Part shown: piece by piece, positions 45,981-47,757 of the stretch
Layout of the letters: every line of letters begins with the position of its first letter
Numbering within the stretch: position 1 is the stretch's first letter
Assembly: GCA_038153405.1 (NCBI GenBank)
Contig: JAYOYH010000037.1
Coordinates: 1-47,757, forward strand
Source: Gemmatimonadota bacterium
GTDB lineage: Bacteria; Latescibacterota; UBA2968; UBA8231
DNA: 47,757 nucleotides
Direction: 5' to 3'
Notes under the pieces: generated by a model
What the model was told of the DNA's origin: nothing
Database searches by the model: none
The model's input: only the letters and a program-made list of their open reading frames with translations
Made by a program: the position numbers and the translations under genes

Positions 45981-47302
45981 CAGCGCAGAGCGAAGGCCGA
46001 GAGCACGGCGGCGTGGTCGCTGGGCCACTGCACGGGGTGCTGGTCTAGCACCTGTGCAGTGAGGCAGCGCAGGTGCGCACCGCGGTAGTAGACGTAGTCG
46101 ATGCGATCCTGCCAACTCTGCGGATTGCGCGGCGTCCACGTGCGGCCGGGCTGGACTATGGGGTCGGGGTGTATTTGGCGATAAGCATCCAAGAAGCCGG
46201 CGTCTGCCATATCGCTGCTAACGGGCCACTGCACGGTTAAATTACAGTGCAGCGGGCTGGCCGCCTGCGTCCAGTCCAGATGCGACGGGCTATTGAAATC
46301 GCCGGCGATGACCAGCGGCACAGCATCGTCAAAATGGGGCTGCAATTCTGCCAGTATGGCGCGCATTTCGCCGGCGCGGGTTTCGTGCTCCGCGGCGATG
46401 AGGCCGTCGGCGGTTGCATCCTCGCGCTGCACGTCATTGCAGAAATCGGGGAGGTAGTGCAGCCACAGACTGAACAGTTTGAGCGGTTGCTGGGGAGCCA
46501 GTTGCAGGGTGACGCCGCCGAGGTTAAACGGGCGAAAGTGGTGGTGGTGTTCGCTGGCCGGATAGCGGCTAATGATAGAGAGGTTTGACGAACGCAGGTA
46601 GAAGTGATAGCCGAGGGCATCGGCAATGCGCGGTCCCGATCCGTAGGTCTCCTGCATGGCGACGATGTCGGCCTCGCTGGCGCGAATGCATTCGATGACC
46701 CGCTCTACGCCTGCATCGATACCGTCCTCGCGGCCGCCGTTCCAAATATTCCACGCCAGAACGCGCAGCGGCGCGGCGGCGGTATGCTCGGGATAGGGCG
46801 CGGTTTTCCGTCCGCTGCGCTGTTGATATAGATGGGCTATTTCTTCGCTCGGGCGGATATCGTTCCAACGCTGCAGGTCGTCTATATGCACGGAAGAGCT
46901 ATTGGACGAGAGGGTCTCGGCGCCGTAGGTATATTCCAATTCGGCCAGCGAGTAGAGGGCGACCTGTTGGCCGTCAAAGTAGAGTGCTGCCTGGCCGCGC
47001 ACCCCGTCGATGGAGAAAGCCAGCAGATGCCACTGGCCGTCGTCAATGCGCTGGCGCGCAGTCGGTTGGTAGTCGAGGCGCTGCTGGCCGTCGCCAAGGT
47101 TCCAAGCCCAGGCTCCATTGGGCTGTAAGGCGATGGCCCAACCGGGCCACTGGCCGCTGGTGCGCGAGTGGCCGTAATTGGTGCGCGCCGTGTAGTCGCG
47201 TATCTCGCCGCTGTTCCAGTCTTTGTTGCTGGCTATGGCGGGATAGCTCTTCGAATATGCATCGGCACGCGCCCACAGCGCTACGGTAAACGAAGTGTCC
47301 AT
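45980..47302 (-). CDS. Endonuclease/exonuclease/phosphatase (EEP) protein with an N-terminal LamG/ConA-like domain
   Basis: N-terminal SFTVALW...IDDGQWHLLAFS...LYFDG...IDDLQRWN. C-terminal WNIW, ADIVAMQET, AGDFNSPSH, DRIDY and WPSDH. Confidence 0.82.
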   Translation of the reverse strand: MDTSFTVALWARADAYSKSYPAIASNKDWNSGEIRDYTARTNYGHSRTSGQWPGWAIALQPNGAWAWNLGDGQQRLDYQPTARQRIDDGQWHLLAFSIDGVRGQAALYFDGQQVALYSLAELEYTYGAETLSSNSSSVHIDDLQRWNDIRPSEEIAHLYQQRSGRKTAPYPEHTAAAPLRVLAWNIWNGGREDGIDAGVERVIECIRASEADIVAMQETYGSGPRIADALGYHFYLRSSNLSIISRYPASEHHHHFRPFNLGGVTLQLAPQQPLKLFSLWLHYLPDFCNDVQREDATADGLIAAEHETRAGEMRAILAELQPHFDDAVPLVIAGDFNSPSHLDWTQAASPLHCNLTVQWPVSSDMADAGFLDAYRQIHPDPIVQPGRTWTPRNPQSWQDRIDYVYYRGAHLRCLTAQVLDQHPVQWPSDHAAVLSAFALR

Positions 47303-47387
47303 AGGGCCAATAATACGTCGCTTGTTGCAGGAGAGCCAGTTGGCTATTTTGTCCCGCTCGCGTAGCCACCAGAGAGGAGAGGTTCAC

Positions 47388-47757
47388 ATGTTTAAGATTT
47401 CCGTATGGCACGGCAATTTGTCCGATGCCTACTTGCGCTTTGTTACGCAGCTGGGCGTCGACTGCTTGGATTTTGGTCAGGGCGACTTCTTTCCCGGGGT
47501 TAAAGAACAGGGCTATCCCGATCTGGACGAGCTTCTGAAGATCAAAAGGAAGGTTCGCTCCTGGGGGCTCGATTTCAATCGAGTTACGCTGCCGGATATG
47601 ACAGAACGGTTTATGCAGGGGCAAGAAGGAGGCGAAGTCGAGTTGGAAAATACCTGCAACGCCCTCAGGGTGTTTGCCGAGGCCGGCGTGCCCATTGCGC
47701 GACAGCGCTTGGCCGGCGACGTCTTTCCGTGGATGGCCAAGCGCTGGAACTCGGAGC
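47388..47757 (+). CDS. Mannonate dehydratase (UxuA)-family protein, 3'-truncated by window edge; absent from the ORF track
   Basis: GAGGAG RBS, then MFKISVWHGNLSDAYLRFVTQLGVDCLDF...YPDLDELLKIKRKVRSWGL...ELENTCNALRVFAEAGVP, open to the window end. Resembles the UxuA N-terminus. Confidence 0.65.
   Translation, partial: MFKISVWHGNLSDAYLRFVTQLGVDCLDFGQGDFFPGVKEQGYPDLDELLKIKRKVRSWGLDFNRVTLPDMTERFMQGQEGGEVELENTCNALRVFAEAGVPIARQRLAGDVFPWMAKRWNSE

Overview
Gene-dense, GC-rich bacterial chromosomal segment with about 42 CDSs and no recognisable tRNA, rRNA, CRISPR array, transposase or integrase. The gene mix (enolase-superfamily paralogues, PhyH dioxygenase, GH4, UxuA-like dehydratase, GT-C/TPR proteins) suggests a carbohydrate-using bacterium, possibly Latescibacterota/FCB-related (inference only). 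Housekeeping content: ino1, dusB, 5-formyl-THF cyclo-ligase, uppS-cdsA-rseP (no dxr), queG, acnB, potABCD, leuB, melA, modABC plus MOSC, mtnP and an XPD/DinG-type helicase with an N-terminal nuclease. The most unusual items are an MscS channel fused to a degenerate ParB/Srx-type domain, a DUF455-like di-iron domain fused to an ATP-grasp ligase, a lower-GC tandem pair of GT-C glycosyltransferase-TPR genes, two enolase paralogues with an apparent His third metal ligand, an APH(2'')/MPH-like phosphotransferase with a possible leader peptide, and several probably leaderless genes. All assignments come from reading motifs by eye; no database searches were run.
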